This document shows, piece by piece, positions 30,352 through 41,123 of a stretch of DNA of 64,000 nucleotides. The translations under genes and the position numbers were made by a program. The number at the start of each line of letters is the position of its first letter. Position 1 is the stretch's first letter. A model generated the notes under the pieces. It had not been told where the DNA came from. It worked only from the letters and a program-made list of their open reading frames with translations, and searched no databases. The DNA is from Aulosira sp. ZfuVER01 (GTDB lineage Bacteria; Cyanobacteriota; Cyanobacteriia; Cyanobacteriales; Nostocaceae): positions 128,001 to 192,000 of the forward strand of contig JAVRCV020000025.1 of the NCBI GenBank assembly GCA_034530615.2, given 5' to 3'.

Positions 30352-32544
30352 TTACCTGCGAGTTGTAGCAAGAGATGTCCTTGGTACATCAGATTCTTCG
30401 TTGAAATAGTAGTAACTATGGCTTTCATATTGAGGAATAACTGCGTTTACCACTTGTCCTAAGACATTCTGACCAGATTTTTCTAAAATATCATAAGCCA
30501 TAGCGGCGTTAACAGAATCAACTACTCCAGGACGAACTACAAACAAAACACCATCAGCCATTTGTCCCAATGTAGCTGCATCAGCTGCAACGTTTAATGC
30601 AGGAGCATCAATAATCACAAAATCGTAGTTGGCTGCAAAATTCTGCATTAAGGAAGCCATGCGTTTTGAGTCAAGTAGGGATGCTGGTGAGGGAGGTACG
30701 ACTCCAGCAGTCAAAACATCCAAATTATCCATATTATCCATAACTTTGTTGGTGGCTGTCTTGATTTCAGCCTCTCCCACAATCACATTGCTGAGACCTT
30801 GACTATTAGTTAAGTCCCAAATTAGATGCTGAACTGGACGGTGCAAATCTCCATCTACGAGTAAGACTTTACGTTCCATCTGCGCCATTGCTAAAGCTAA
30901 ATTAGCAGCTATTGTTGACTTACCTTCTCCTGGAACAGAACTGGTAACAACAATCACCTTTAATTCTTTATCAGCACTCATGAACTTTAAGTTTGCCCGC
31001 AACATTCGATAAGCTTCACTAATTGGTGAGCGAGGCATATCTCTTACAACCAGCCTAGAACTATATAGTTCGCCCTCTTCTTGACTTAGAGAACTTAGTC
31101 TAGACTGATTAAACAAAGGAATTACACCCAAAAGAGTAAATCCTAGTAATTCCTTAGCCTCATCAACCGTCTTAATAGATTTATCCCTGAGTTCTAAAAT
31201 ATACATAGTTACTAAAGCAGCCAAAGTAGCTAGTAAGCCTGCACTTAGGTATGAAAACATAGGAGAAAAAAGAGGCTTGTCAGGAACTAGGGCTGCGGAA
31301 ACCAAACTGGCGTTACCTATGTTCTGATTTTCTGCTATTTGGCTCTCTTGTAGTTTTTGTAGCATTAGTAAATAGGTAGATTGGGATGCTTGAACTTTGC
31401 GTTCTAGCTGGCGCTGTTGTTGTTCCAATCTAGGAAGGGTTTGGAGCCGTTGTCTATAGTCTGCTTGTAATTTGGATAAGGTTGCAACTTGATTCATTAA
31501 ACCCAGACGGGTTGACTGTAATCTGACAAGGTCTCCGCTAAGTTGTTGTTGCAGTGCTCCAATCTGTAAATTGCCATTTACTAGTGGTTGATTTGTTCCT
31601 GCAACCTGTTGGATTCGTTGTTGTAGTATCTTTTTTAAGGCTGCTAACCTATCTTGTGAACTAATGATTTCTGGATGGTCATCTCGCAAAACAGTTCGCC
31701 TAGCTGCAAGTTGAGACTCTAGCTGTTGTATTTCTTTAAGAAGATCTTGAACCCCAGAAGATTGGCTAATAGAGGTCATCACTACTGCTCGTTGGGAATT
31801 CATACTCAATTGCTGGCGTAAATCCTCAGACTGAGCATTGATATTGGCAATTTGAGATTTAGAGCCATCAATTTGCTTTTGTAAGTCTGTAACGACTCCT
31901 ATTGCTTGAGTTGCTTCTTCCTGTAAAGAAACAACTTTGTTTCTATCTTTAAAGATTGCTAACTCAGCTTCTGCTTTCCTAACAATTGATTCAGCATTTG
32001 GTAGTTCCTTTTGCAGAAACTGCCGGGCGGATGCTGCTTCTTTGCGCCGAGATGCTACGTTGTGTTCTAAATAAACATCCGTCATCGTATTAACAACCTG
32101 TGCAGCTATTTCAGGGTTGCTATCTTTGTAAGTAATTTGGATGATATCTGAACCTTTAATATCTTTGACAGTAAGATTCTTCAAGAAGTCATTGACATTT
32201 AAGGGCTTCCCTTGCGCATCTTTCAACTCAAGTTTATCTATGGTTTGTTGTGCAAGGGGTGCAGAACGTAGAATTTCTGCCTCTGTATTTAAAGGACTCG
32301 TTTTATTATCTTCTGTTAGTGCTTCTAACTTACCTATCTCTGCACCTACTCCTGTTAATGAAGGGATAGTATTTGTTCTTTGAAGCAATATCTTTGCCTC
32401 TGATTCATAAGTAGGTTTTTTCAAAGATAAAGCCACTACAGAAATCAGAAAAACTGGGACAAAAACTTTGAGGCCAGGTTGCCAACGGCGCTTCAGTATT
32501 TGCCAATATTTATCAAAGGTAAAAAAAGTTGCTTGTGTTTGCAT
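30352..32544 (-). CDS. wzc: Polysaccharide co-polymerase/tyrosine autokinase (Wzc/GumC family)
   Basis: Wzz-like N-terminus with two TMs and coiled coil; EAYRMLRANL; Walker A SSVPGEGKS; DGDLHRP; IIDAP; Tyr-rich tail (YESHSYYY). Confidence 0.93.
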   Translation of the reverse strand: MQTQATFFTFDKYWQILKRRWQPGLKVFVPVFLISVVALSLKKPTYESEAKILLQRTNTIPSLTGVGAEIGKLEALTEDNKTSPLNTEAEILRSAPLAQQTIDKLELKDAQGKPLNVNDFLKNLTVKDIKGSDIIQITYKDSNPEIAAQVVNTMTDVYLEHNVASRRKEAASARQFLQKELPNAESIVRKAEAELAIFKDRNKVVSLQEEATQAIGVVTDLQKQIDGSKSQIANINAQSEDLRQQLSMNSQRAVVMTSISQSSGVQDLLKEIQQLESQLAARRTVLRDDHPEIISSQDRLAALKKILQQRIQQVAGTNQPLVNGNLQIGALQQQLSGDLVRLQSTRLGLMNQVATLSKLQADYRQRLQTLPRLEQQQRQLERKVQASQSTYLLMLQKLQESQIAENQNIGNASLVSAALVPDKPLFSPMFSYLSAGLLATLAALVTMYILELRDKSIKTVDEAKELLGFTLLGVIPLFNQSRLSSLSQEEGELYSSRLVVRDMPRSPISEAYRMLRANLKFMSADKELKVIVVTSSVPGEGKSTIAANLALAMAQMERKVLLVDGDLHRPVQHLIWDLTNSQGLSNVIVGEAEIKTATNKVMDNMDNLDVLTAGVVPPSPASLLDSKRMASLMQNFAANYDFVIIDAPALNVAADAATLGQMADGVLFVVRPGVVDSVNAAMAYDILEKSGQNVLGQVVNAVIPQYESHSYYYFNEESDVPRTSLATTRR

Positions 32545-32646
32545 AAATCTAGTTTTTATGTTTTCAATATTGTAAAAAACTATGCAGTTAATATCAAACC
32601 GTTAAATATTATTACTTACGATTGTGGATATAAAGCATAGTTAGCA

Positions 32647-33807
32647 TCAAATCTGTTTAGTCAGATGAGTTTTTCTAGCGCTATAGTGAATTGCGGCGAT
32701 CGCTTCAATTACCCGAGCTAAGTCTTCGCCTGTAAGATTAGATCCAGAAGGCAAGCACAAGCCACGTGAGAATAAATCTACCGCTACAGCATCGCCAATA
32801 TATTCACAACCAGCAAACACAGGCTGTAGATGTAAGGGTTTCCATACTGGACGCGCTTCAATTTGCTTTTCGACCAGTGCTAATCTGACTTGTTCTCGAT
32901 CTGCACCAAATTTCTGAGGATCTATCGTTAAGCAGGTTAACCAGCGAGTAGCACGGCCAAAGCTAGCTTCTGGCATAAATTCTATTCCCGGAAGATGTGC
33001 TAAAGCCTGTTGATAAATCTCAAAGTTACGTCGTCTAGCAGCCACTCGCTCGCTCAGAACTTGTAATTGACCGCGACCAATACCTGCCAAAACATTGCTG
33101 AGGCGGTAGTTATAACCTATTTCTGAGTGTTGATAATGGGGAGCCGGATCGCGGGCTTGAGTTGCTAGAAAGCGGGCTTTTTTGACTAAATCTGGGTCAT
33201 CTGACACTAACATCCCGCCGCCAGATGTGGTGATGATTTTATTGCCGTTGAAGGAGTAAATCCCAATTTTCCCAAAAGTTCCCGGAGTTTGGCCTTTATA
33301 GGTAGCACCTAAAGCTTCCGCCGCATCTTCAATTAAAGGAATTTCATAGCGATCGCAAGCTTTGAGAATCGGCTCGATATCTGCACTTTGCCCGTATAAA
33401 TGTACCAGCACGACTGCTTTGGGTAATTTGCCAATGCGAGTGCGGTGTTCTAAGGCTTCTTGCAACAAATCGGGATTCATGTTCCAAGAAGTGCGATCGC
33501 TATCGATAAAGACTGGTTTTGCACCCAAATAAGTAATCGGATTAGCGCTAGCAGCAAACGTCAAGGTCGAACAAAAAACATCATCCCCATAGCCAACACC
33601 AACTAATTGCAAAGCTAAATGCAGTGCTGCGGTTCCAGAACTGACGGCGGCTGCATGGCCTGCACCGACTACTTGACAAAATTCTTGTTCAAAAGCATCT
33701 ACATGAGGGCCTACAGGGGCGATCCAGTTAGTTTCAAAGGCTTGTTTGACGAATTCTAGTTCGCGATCGCCCATGTGGGGAGTTGAAAGAAGAATTTGTT
33801 TAGTCAC
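32647..33807 (-). CDS. DegT/DnrJ/EryC1/StrS aminotransferase (PglE/EpsN-like)
   Basis: SSGTAALHL, IEDAAEALG, SFNGNKIITTSGGG (PLP lysine), GYNYRLSN, LCLPSG. Confidence 0.93.
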   Translation of the reverse strand: MTKQILLSTPHMGDRELEFVKQAFETNWIAPVGPHVDAFEQEFCQVVGAGHAAAVSSGTAALHLALQLVGVGYGDDVFCSTLTFAASANPITYLGAKPVFIDSDRTSWNMNPDLLQEALEHRTRIGKLPKAVVLVHLYGQSADIEPILKACDRYEIPLIEDAAEALGATYKGQTPGTFGKIGIYSFNGNKIITTSGGGMLVSDDPDLVKKARFLATQARDPAPHYQHSEIGYNYRLSNVLAGIGRGQLQVLSERVAARRRNFEIYQQALAHLPGIEFMPEASFGRATRWLTCLTIDPQKFGADREQVRLALVEKQIEARPVWKPLHLQPVFAGCEYIGDAVAVDLFSRGLCLPSGSNLTGEDLARVIEAIAAIHYSARKTHLTKQI

Positions 33808-33882
33808 GATTTTAATTGCATCAAAAATAATTTCTGGGAACAGATCTTCCGGCTCTGCAACTTGAGCCTATTGGTCTATCGA

Positions 33883-34503
33883 CTAAGAAACTTCTCTAAT
33901 CACTCGGGCAGGCACTCCTGCGACGATGGTTTTGGGTGGAACATCTTTCCTGGCTATTGCCCCCGCACCAACAGTAGACCAAGCTCCAACGCGAACACCA
34001 GGAAACACAACGCTACCCAGTGCCAGAAATGCACCCTCTTCAGCAGCTGCACCCCCTGCTAGATGGGACACAGCTATATGTACATAATCTCCGACAAAGC
34101 AGTCATGATCGACGCTTGCCTTAGTATTAAGAATTACATGAGAACCAATTTGCGCATAAGGCTGGACTATTGCACCAGCACAAACAACTGTACCTACACC
34201 TAATGAAACTTCCGGGTGAACCCAAGCAAACGGATGAACCACGGTCATCCACTCAAAATCGAGCTTTTCTGCTAGATGCTTGCGTACTGCGTTAGATCCT
34301 ATGCCCAGGATTGCATGAGAGCAGCTTTGAGAGGTCAACTCACTTACTGCTCCAATAACGGGGATGTTAAAAATCTGGCTACCCCACGTTGTTGGGTTAT
34401 CGTCATAAAAACCTACTACCTTGTGTCCCGCAGCAATCAGCGTACTTGCTACAACTTTGGCATGACCTCCCGCTCCAATTACCCCTATTCTTGAGTTACT
34501 CAT
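33883..34503 (-). CDS. Sugar N/O-acetyltransferase, PglD/NeuD family (left-handed beta-helix)
   Basis: GAGGHAKVV, hexapeptide repeats, VDHDC, VGAGA...GVPARV; start at MSNSR (34503). Confidence 0.9.
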   Translation of the reverse strand: MSNSRIGVIGAGGHAKVVASTLIAAGHKVVGFYDDNPTTWGSQIFNIPVIGAVSELTSQSCSHAILGIGSNAVRKHLAEKLDFEWMTVVHPFAWVHPEVSLGVGTVVCAGAIVQPYAQIGSHVILNTKASVDHDCFVGDYVHIAVSHLAGGAAAEEGAFLALGSVVFPGVRVGAWSTVGAGAIARKDVPPKTIVAGVPARVIREVS

Positions 34504-35194
34504 ATACTTTTTTCTTTTTGCTCCTAGTTGCTGCATTACTTGAGAACAAATTTTCTTATAGCGGCGATTACGATCTTCGCTCTTACTTTAGATAGATATT
34601 TACCAGAATTTTGTAGTTTTGATATTTCTCTATTCAATAAAATTGAATGAGTTTTCTCATTTTCTCTTCATCATATTGATCTGAAGGCTGAACTACAGCC
34701 ATACTAGATTCTCTGCAATTGCCAGGGGTTCCCCAAATAGTGTTACTTCTTCAATTTCAGGCAGATGTCTCGATCGAGACGATGCTTAAGATTATTTATT
34801 GCAGAAAACCTACTATATAAGCTGCATTAGCTGCCAGCGTACCGATGATTTATTGGAGTTTAGATTCTGTTTTGCAGTTTTTTCAATAATTATAAATTGA
34901 TAGGGGATATTATGAAAATTCTTAAAGAATCATATATGTCCCCTATCAAATTTATCATAGTGCTGTTCAGAATCATTAAAAAAAACTTACTGATGACTCA
35001 TTTACTATTAAAAATTAGACTCCTTCAATCATTACCATTGATGATACACACATGTAATTTTTTACTCTCTAGAGTAGCATTTTATGGACTATGGCTGCTA
35101 AGAGTGAAATTTTATGGTTAGTATTTGGTTACTAATAGCCTCAGCAGCCGTGGCAACAAAGCTCTTGTGCGTATTTGAGCTATATGCCTTGGTC

Positions 35195-38100
35195 TTAAAT
35201 GGCAAGATGCGTTTGTCTTGGTATCAGCTCTAATAGATTATTAGGAGCAGCTTGCTCAATTTGAAACTTCTCAATCTCCTGGGCAATTCCCGGTACGGTG
35301 GGAGATCGGAACAAGCTAATCAAGGGTAAGTTGACATTAAACGCCGATCGCAATTCCGCAATTAATGTGACTGCAACTAGGGAATTGCCCCCCAAATCAA
35401 AGAAGTTGTCTGTAGTTCTCACTTCCGAGACTTGAAGCACTTTCTGCCAGATTTCAATTAGGGTTTGCTCAATTTGGTTTTGAGGTGTTGTTGTCTTCAA
35501 AGCCTCGTCATCCTGGCGTACCATGATGGGAGCAGGCAATGCCTTGCGGTCAACTTTATTGTTGGGGGTAAGTGGAAATGCTTCCAAGAAGACGAAGTTA
35601 GAGGGCACCATATACTCCGGCAATTGGGAGAGTAAATATTCTCGCAAGTTGGCATTGGCGGTTTGATTCCCTGGTTGTGGGAGTAGATAGGCGACAAGGC
35701 GCTTGTCTCCAGGCACATCTTCACGAACCACAATCACGGCTTCCCGGACTGCCTCGTGTCGGCTTAAAATCGTCTCAATTTCTCCCAGTTCAATCCGATA
35801 ACCCCGCACTTTTACCTGAAAGTCCATGCGTCCCAGAAACTCCACATTGCCATCCATGCGGTAAAGAGCCAAGTCTCCAGTACGGTAAAGGCGTTCTTGG
35901 GGATTCGTGCTGAAGGGGCTGGGGATAAACCTCTCCTGGGTTAACTCCGGTCTGTTGAGATAGCCGCGAGTCACTCCTTTACCACCGATGAGTAGTTCAC
36001 CTGCTACCCCAATGGGAACAGGTTGCTGGTTCTTATCCAGGATATATAATTCGGTGTTGGCGATCGCTTTCCCAATGGGAACCACCCCATTCACTTCGGC
36101 CAGGGTATGGGTTGCAGACCAGATGGTGGTTTCTGTGGGGCCGTACATATTATGAACTTGCCCGGGAATAATCTGTTGGAGTTGGTTGGCTAGGGCTTCG
36201 GTAAAGGCTTCACCGCCAACCATCATGGTATGGATCTGTCCGATTGCCTCTCTCGTCGTGCTATCGGCAATCAGCATACTAGCCATTGATGGGGTGCATT
36301 GCAGATGAGTAACTTGATGCCGCTTGATGAGTGCAGCTACAGAGTTATCTTGTGTCTGTGCTTGATTTGCGATTTGGCCATTGGCTTGTGCTTTCAACTG
36401 ATTCAGCAGTGGCAATTGCGCTAATACTTTTTCTGTCTCCACGCCATAATCAATTAGACAGGCAATTTCATCGACATCAATGCCTTTGATGCGATCGACC
36501 ATCTGCAAACAGGTTTCAACTGTGCCAAACAAACCGCTGGTTTCAAAGTAGCGTTCAAAGGAGAAGTCCAACACCTCATCCATATCTTGCTCAGACAGAT
36601 GAGATACGGAAAATTGACCGTTGTTGTTGGTAGTCTTCTGCTTGAAGGTAGGGAATGACCAAGCTGCTTTTTTAATCAGATCGAGGGAACTGCCCAGGTA
36701 ATGCCGCATCGGCTGACGGACAATCTCTTTGACTGTATCATTATTTTCCCCGACGAAAGTGTGCAGCATCAGGCTGACAGTTCCCTTGCCGGGATGACCA
36801 TTTTCTGTCCATGCTTGCCGATAAATGGCAATTTTGGCGGCTAACTCCTCAAGACTTTGTCCTAGCAGGTGGGTCAAAATATGATAGCCTTTGGCTCCTG
36901 CCATTTGGAATGTTTCCGGATTGCCCGCCGCTGTCACCCAAACTGGGAGTTCGGGTTGAATGGGACGAGGAAGTGTCTGCACTGCCACAATTTCTCCCTT
37001 ACCGTTGGGATAGTTGACAGTTTCCCCACGCCAGAGTGCCCTGACCTCCTCAATTTGCTTGAACATGATGTCTTTCCGGTTCCCAAAGGTTTCCGGGCGC
37101 AGCACAAAGTCATTGGGTTGCCAACCAGCAGCGAAGGAGATACCAACTCGACCGCCGGAGAAGTTGTCTACTACAGACCAATCTTCGGCAATGCGTACTG
37201 AGCTATGTAATGGAGAAACACAACTACCAGCGCGCAGCTGAATCTGGTTGGTGACTGTGGCGATCGCCGCGTTGGTTAGGGCTGGGTTTGGGAATAAGCC
37301 ACCAAAGGCATGGAAGTGGCGTTCGGGAGTCCAGATGGCTTTAAATCCATTGGTATCAGCAAACTTGCTACCTTCAAATAACAGACGATACTTTGCGGCG
37401 GCATCTTCTCCTTGTTCGTGGCTGGAGAAGTAAAACAAACTAAAATCTACAGTTTTTGATTCATTTTGCAGCTTTAGCGTTGGCGAAGTAGAGCGAGCGC
37501 GTTCTTCCTTGGCATTATAGATGACAACCTTAAATCCTCGTGCCAGAGTCCAGAAGAGTTCCAGTACGGAAATATCGAAGGATAAACTGGTGACAGCCAA
37601 CCATACTCCTGGTGGGTCGTGGGCAATTACACTATCCATCCCGGTAAAGAAATTGACCACATTGCCATGCTCTACCATTACCCCCTTAGGCTTGCCAGTC
37701 GAGCCGGAAGTGTAGATGATGTAGCTCAAATTCTCAGGTTTGACCCCACTCTTGGGATTGGTGGTTGGTTGTTGGGCAATTTCTCCCCACATTGTATCTA
37801 TGGGAATGATGCGGGCATCATGTTCAACAACTAAATTGGGAATCAACTTCTGCTGCGTCACAATGACTGGAGTTTGAGAATCTTGCAGCATGAAGGCCAG
37901 CCGATCTTGGGGAAAATCAGGATCGAGGGGCAGATATGCTCCGCCTGCTTTGTGGATTGCCAGTAAAGCGACCATCATTTGGTGCGATCGCTCTATGTGC
38001 AGACCTACCAGGACATCGGGGCCAACTCCACACAGCCGCAGATAGTGGGCTAGTTGATTGGCTTGTGCATTCAATTCGCGGTAGGTGAGTTGGCGATCGG

Positions 38101-39868
38101 CAAAAGCAATAGCGATCGCGTCCGGCGTACGGGCTACTTGCTGCTCAAATAGCTCATGAATACAGAGCTCGCTAGGGAAGGGTTGTGCTGTCTGGTTCCA
38201 CTCCAGCAAAATTTGCTGCTGTTCGGCAACCGAAAGTAGTGGGAGTTGCTCTAAAGATTGTTCGGGATGCTCTATGCACGCAGCGATTAAACTCTGAAGT
38301 TGCTGGACAATCGCACCACTGTAAAACTCATTAATGGCCCCAGTATGTACCAATTCTGGTAGGCTACCATCTTCGTAAGCAACGAAGGCAATGGATGCAT
38401 TGAGATGCTGCCAATCCAGTTGATCGGGACTTGGCGCTAGAGCGATCGCTACTGGCAGAAAATTATGGCGATCGTCATCTTGTAGTTCTGGATAACGTCT
38501 CAAGAGGCTATTTCTAAAGCTACCCAGCCGCGATGTCCGCTTTAGATCTGCTTCTAGGCGTTCTTGGAATTGATTGAATGTCTCCTCCGCCTTCACGTGA
38601 ATGCGGATCGGCACTCGTTGGGCAAATATTTCTGGGGCAATGCTTCGCTGTGCGTTAGTTTGCAGCCCCAAGTCAAATTCTGGCTCTGTTGTTAGTCGCG
38701 CACAGTAGGTGGCAAACATCGTTAACAGAGATTTCGGCTCTACCTGTTGAGTTGGCAGCGAGATGGAATAACGTTGCAGCGAACTATCTACCATTTGACT
38801 AGATAGTTCAACTGGTAAATAAGGATGCTGAAACGGAGCTAATTTCATCAACCGTTCTGCCCATACCGACTCATGACGACAAATGGCCGCATTCCGCTTG
38901 GTAATTGCATCTCTGGTTTCGGCATCAATTATAGGTAAAACATTCCCGACTTGCACGCCATAGTCTTCGATCAAGCTGTCTTCAGAAAGGTCTTTGCCAT
39001 TTAAAGTAGTTAAATTACTCAACTGCACAGCACCATCTACGGTGGCAACATACAGCCCATCTGCATCGAGTTTCAGCACCTGTCCGGGAATGCCGTGGGA
39101 AGTTTTGATTAAACGAGCAGATCCTACAGCAACCACTCCTCCTGGCAACCAGATTTTGGGCAGACCTAGTTGGTTGCGAACTGGCCCAAACTCTAGTGCC
39201 CTTACCAAGTTACAAATATCTTTGCTATTGACATCAAATGATATCAGTGCGGCTGAAGGTGGGCGATGGCTGGGGCCAAAATAACTCCGTTGAGATAGAT
39301 CTTGGGAGTAAGGCTGTACCAGATCCATTGTTAGTTCCGTTAACAGTTCCGCAAAAGAGCTGACGGCGGCATCGAAACAGCGAGTATTCAGATTAAATAC
39401 GGTATCATCTGCTAAAATTGGCACTTCTTTCTGTTTGAAGATGCGCCCCCCATCAATTTCGCAGGTAACTTCATGCCAGGTAACAGCATGATTAGTTTCA
39501 CCATTTAGTAAAGCCCAAGAAGTTGCATACAAACCGGCATACTTTGGCAATGGTGAGTCGTGGTAGTTAATGGTTGCTTTGCGTGCCTTGGCAATAACGT
39601 CAGCTGGTACGATCCACTTGACGTTATTAATGCTGAAAAGATAATCGTACTCGCTACCCAAAAGCTGTTCTTGAAAAATAGATCGAGAAGCCGCGTGGTT
39701 GATGCCATGTTCCTCAGCCCACTTTTGTAAGGAATTATCTGTTGAATAAACTCCCAGCACTTGGCAACCTTTCTGTAACAGGATTTCCAAGCAACTTAAT
39801 GGCAAAGCACCATCACCGACTACAAAACAGGAAAAGCTGGAGATTGGTATTTCTTTCACCAAGTTCAT
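35195..39868 (-). CDS. Stand-alone NRPS-like protein: formyltransferase - truncated condensation domain - adenylation domain interrupted by a luciferase-like (MupA/Atu3671-type) monooxygenase - PCP
   Basis: Formyltransferase INYHDSPLPKYAG, TWH, DGG; A-domain cores LTYREL, YTSGSTGKPKG, FDISV, NMYGPTE, GELLIGG, YRTGD, GRMDFQVKVRGYRIELGEIE, NNKVDR; LLM insert FSLFYF...WTPERHFHAFGG...PNP between A4 and A5; PCP FFDLGGNSL; no thioesterase. Confidence 0.92.
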   Translation of the reverse strand: MNLVKEIPISSFSCFVVGDGALPLSCLEILLQKGCQVLGVYSTDNSLQKWAEEHGINHAASRSIFQEQLLGSEYDYLFSINNVKWIVPADVIAKARKATINYHDSPLPKYAGLYATSWALLNGETNHAVTWHEVTCEIDGGRIFKQKEVPILADDTVFNLNTRCFDAAVSSFAELLTELTMDLVQPYSQDLSQRSYFGPSHRPPSAALISFDVNSKDICNLVRALEFGPVRNQLGLPKIWLPGGVVAVGSARLIKTSHGIPGQVLKLDADGLYVATVDGAVQLSNLTTLNGKDLSEDSLIEDYGVQVGNVLPIIDAETRDAITKRNAAICRHESVWAERLMKLAPFQHPYLPVELSSQMVDSSLQRYSISLPTQQVEPKSLLTMFATYCARLTTEPEFDLGLQTNAQRSIAPEIFAQRVPIRIHVKAEETFNQFQERLEADLKRTSRLGSFRNSLLRRYPELQDDDRHNFLPVAIALAPSPDQLDWQHLNASIAFVAYEDGSLPELVHTGAINEFYSGAIVQQLQSLIAACIEHPEQSLEQLPLLSVAEQQQILLEWNQTAQPFPSELCIHELFEQQVARTPDAIAIAFADRQLTYRELNAQANQLAHYLRLCGVGPDVLVGLHIERSHQMMVALLAIHKAGGAYLPLDPDFPQDRLAFMLQDSQTPVIVTQQKLIPNLVVEHDARIIPIDTMWGEIAQQPTTNPKSGVKPENLSYIIYTSGSTGKPKGVMVEHGNVVNFFTGMDSVIAHDPPGVWLAVTSLSFDISVLELFWTLARGFKVVIYNAKEERARSTSPTLKLQNESKTVDFSLFYFSSHEQGEDAAAKYRLLFEGSKFADTNGFKAIWTPERHFHAFGGLFPNPALTNAAIATVTNQIQLRAGSCVSPLHSSVRIAEDWSVVDNFSGGRVGISFAAGWQPNDFVLRPETFGNRKDIMFKQIEEVRALWRGETVNYPNGKGEIVAVQTLPRPIQPELPVWVTAAGNPETFQMAGAKGYHILTHLLGQSLEELAAKIAIYRQAWTENGHPGKGTVSLMLHTFVGENNDTVKEIVRQPMRHYLGSSLDLIKKAAWSFPTFKQKTTNNNGQFSVSHLSEQDMDEVLDFSFERYFETSGLFGTVETCLQMVDRIKGIDVDEIACLIDYGVETEKVLAQLPLLNQLKAQANGQIANQAQTQDNSVAALIKRHQVTHLQCTPSMASMLIADSTTREAIGQIHTMMVGGEAFTEALANQLQQIIPGQVHNMYGPTETTIWSATHTLAEVNGVVPIGKAIANTELYILDKNQQPVPIGVAGELLIGGKGVTRGYLNRPELTQERFIPSPFSTNPQERLYRTGDLALYRMDGNVEFLGRMDFQVKVRGYRIELGEIETILSRHEAVREAVIVVREDVPGDKRLVAYLLPQPGNQTANANLREYLLSQLPEYMVPSNFVFLEAFPLTPNNKVDRKALPAPIMVRQDDEALKTTTPQNQIEQTLIEIWQKVLQVSEVRTTDNFFDLGGNSLVAVTLIAELRSAFNVNLPLISLFRSPTVPGIAQEIEKFQIEQAAPNNLLELIPRQTHLAI

Positions 39869-39995
39869 AATTTATTTATCCTCGTAAATATAAAAAAACT
39901 TTTTAGATATACATTGAAAATTTAGGATAGTTAAAAAAACGATACACAGGTATCAGCGTTAGATGGCATCTAGGTTTCAGGTTGGCGGATTGGGA

Positions 39996-41123
39996 TTATG
40001 CCAATATGTATTGCCGAATGCGATCGGCAATTTTTTGGCTAGCACTGTCAGCTGCCACTAGTTCAATCTGTTCTGAGGTAGACACCCCTAAACCCAATTC
40101 CACTGCTTTGCGAATCTGTTCTAACTGCCAAATAGATCCTTGCGTCACTCGATCTGTTGTTCCCAGAGAGCGCAACATTCCCAAAGCAACGACATCAATG
40201 GCTATCCGATCTGTACTTGCCAGAATCACATTTGCAGCAACCTTTTTCCCAGAATCCGGCCCTCCGTCTACAAAGGCTTCGACACCATCCATTAACACCA
40301 GAGTAGGCTGATAGACGGCATTGATTTCCGCGATCATCGGTTGCATGTGCGAGGAAGTATGGAGATCGCGCATATAGTTAAATGGATCGCCGGGAACATA
40401 CTTCGCTACCATGCCTACAGTATTTTTCAGGGACAAGGTATAATGCGCTCCCCGATGAGTTTTCAGACAACAGGTATTGACAACTGCTTCTGCCTCTAGA
40501 ACTGGCCGCGCAAAGGCGAAACCTTCCTTCCAGTGGGTTCCTTTTGCGGAAAAGTATTGCCACTGCTCGGTAGACAGCTCATCAAACACGATCGCCTCTA
40601 GCCCATAGCGATCTGCCAGTTGAAACACTCCTTTGAGTTCCATTGCTTGACGGGTGTTTGCCATGCCGGCGCGATCGCCCACAGTAATTTTCCCAGCGCC
40701 AGCATTTTGTAGCTCTTGCACCAAGGCTTCTAACATTTTGCTATCTGTGGCTGCCGGAGCTGGATCGGCAGTATTAAAGTTAGGCTTGAGGAAAACTTTT
40801 TTTCCCTGAATACCGCTTGGCTGCAACAAGTCAAGAGCGCGGCGGGTTCCAGATACCCGATCTTCACTGTGGACTATGACAACTTTCCTAATGCCAGTAG
40901 GTTGTGGTAAGGGCACTACTCTCATGGCATCGGTTTGCTTTGCATGAGCAGCATCCAGAATCGATCCAGATGTTTTCAGCGTGTGAATAACGGAGCTAGG
41001 AGAAAAACCAGATGTTTTCAGGTTGGAAAAAATATAGGGAGAAATTACTGCTCCCGCTGTCAGTCCAGCCAAGCGAAGGAAATTACGCCTTTTTTGTTTG
41101 AGATTGAGAGAGTGAATATGCAT
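39996..41123 (-). CDS. DUF362 domain protein with twin-arginine signal
   Basis: KRRNFLRLAG Tat motif; LKPNFN, CLKTH, TLSLKN.VG, GGP, D..AID motifs. Confidence 0.82.
   Translation of the reverse strand: MHIHSLNLKQKRRNFLRLAGLTAGAVISPYIFSNLKTSGFSPSSVIHTLKTSGSILDAAHAKQTDAMRVVPLPQPTGIRKVVIVHSEDRVSGTRRALDLLQPSGIQGKKVFLKPNFNTADPAPAATDSKMLEALVQELQNAGAGKITVGDRAGMANTRQAMELKGVFQLADRYGLEAIVFDELSTEQWQYFSAKGTHWKEGFAFARPVLEAEAVVNTCCLKTHRGAHYTLSLKNTVGMVAKYVPGDPFNYMRDLHTSSHMQPMIAEINAVYQPTLVLMDGVEAFVDGGPDSGKKVAANVILASTDRIAIDVVALGMLRSLGTTDRVTQGSIWQLEQIRKAVELGLGVSTSEQIELVAADSASQKIADRIRQYILA

Noticed and set aside
34540..35190. Possible small gene or RiPP precursor in the gap after the NRPS
   Set aside because: Only short frames without a convincing start or RBS; the 74 aa plus-strand ORF is antisense to the cluster and AT-rich.
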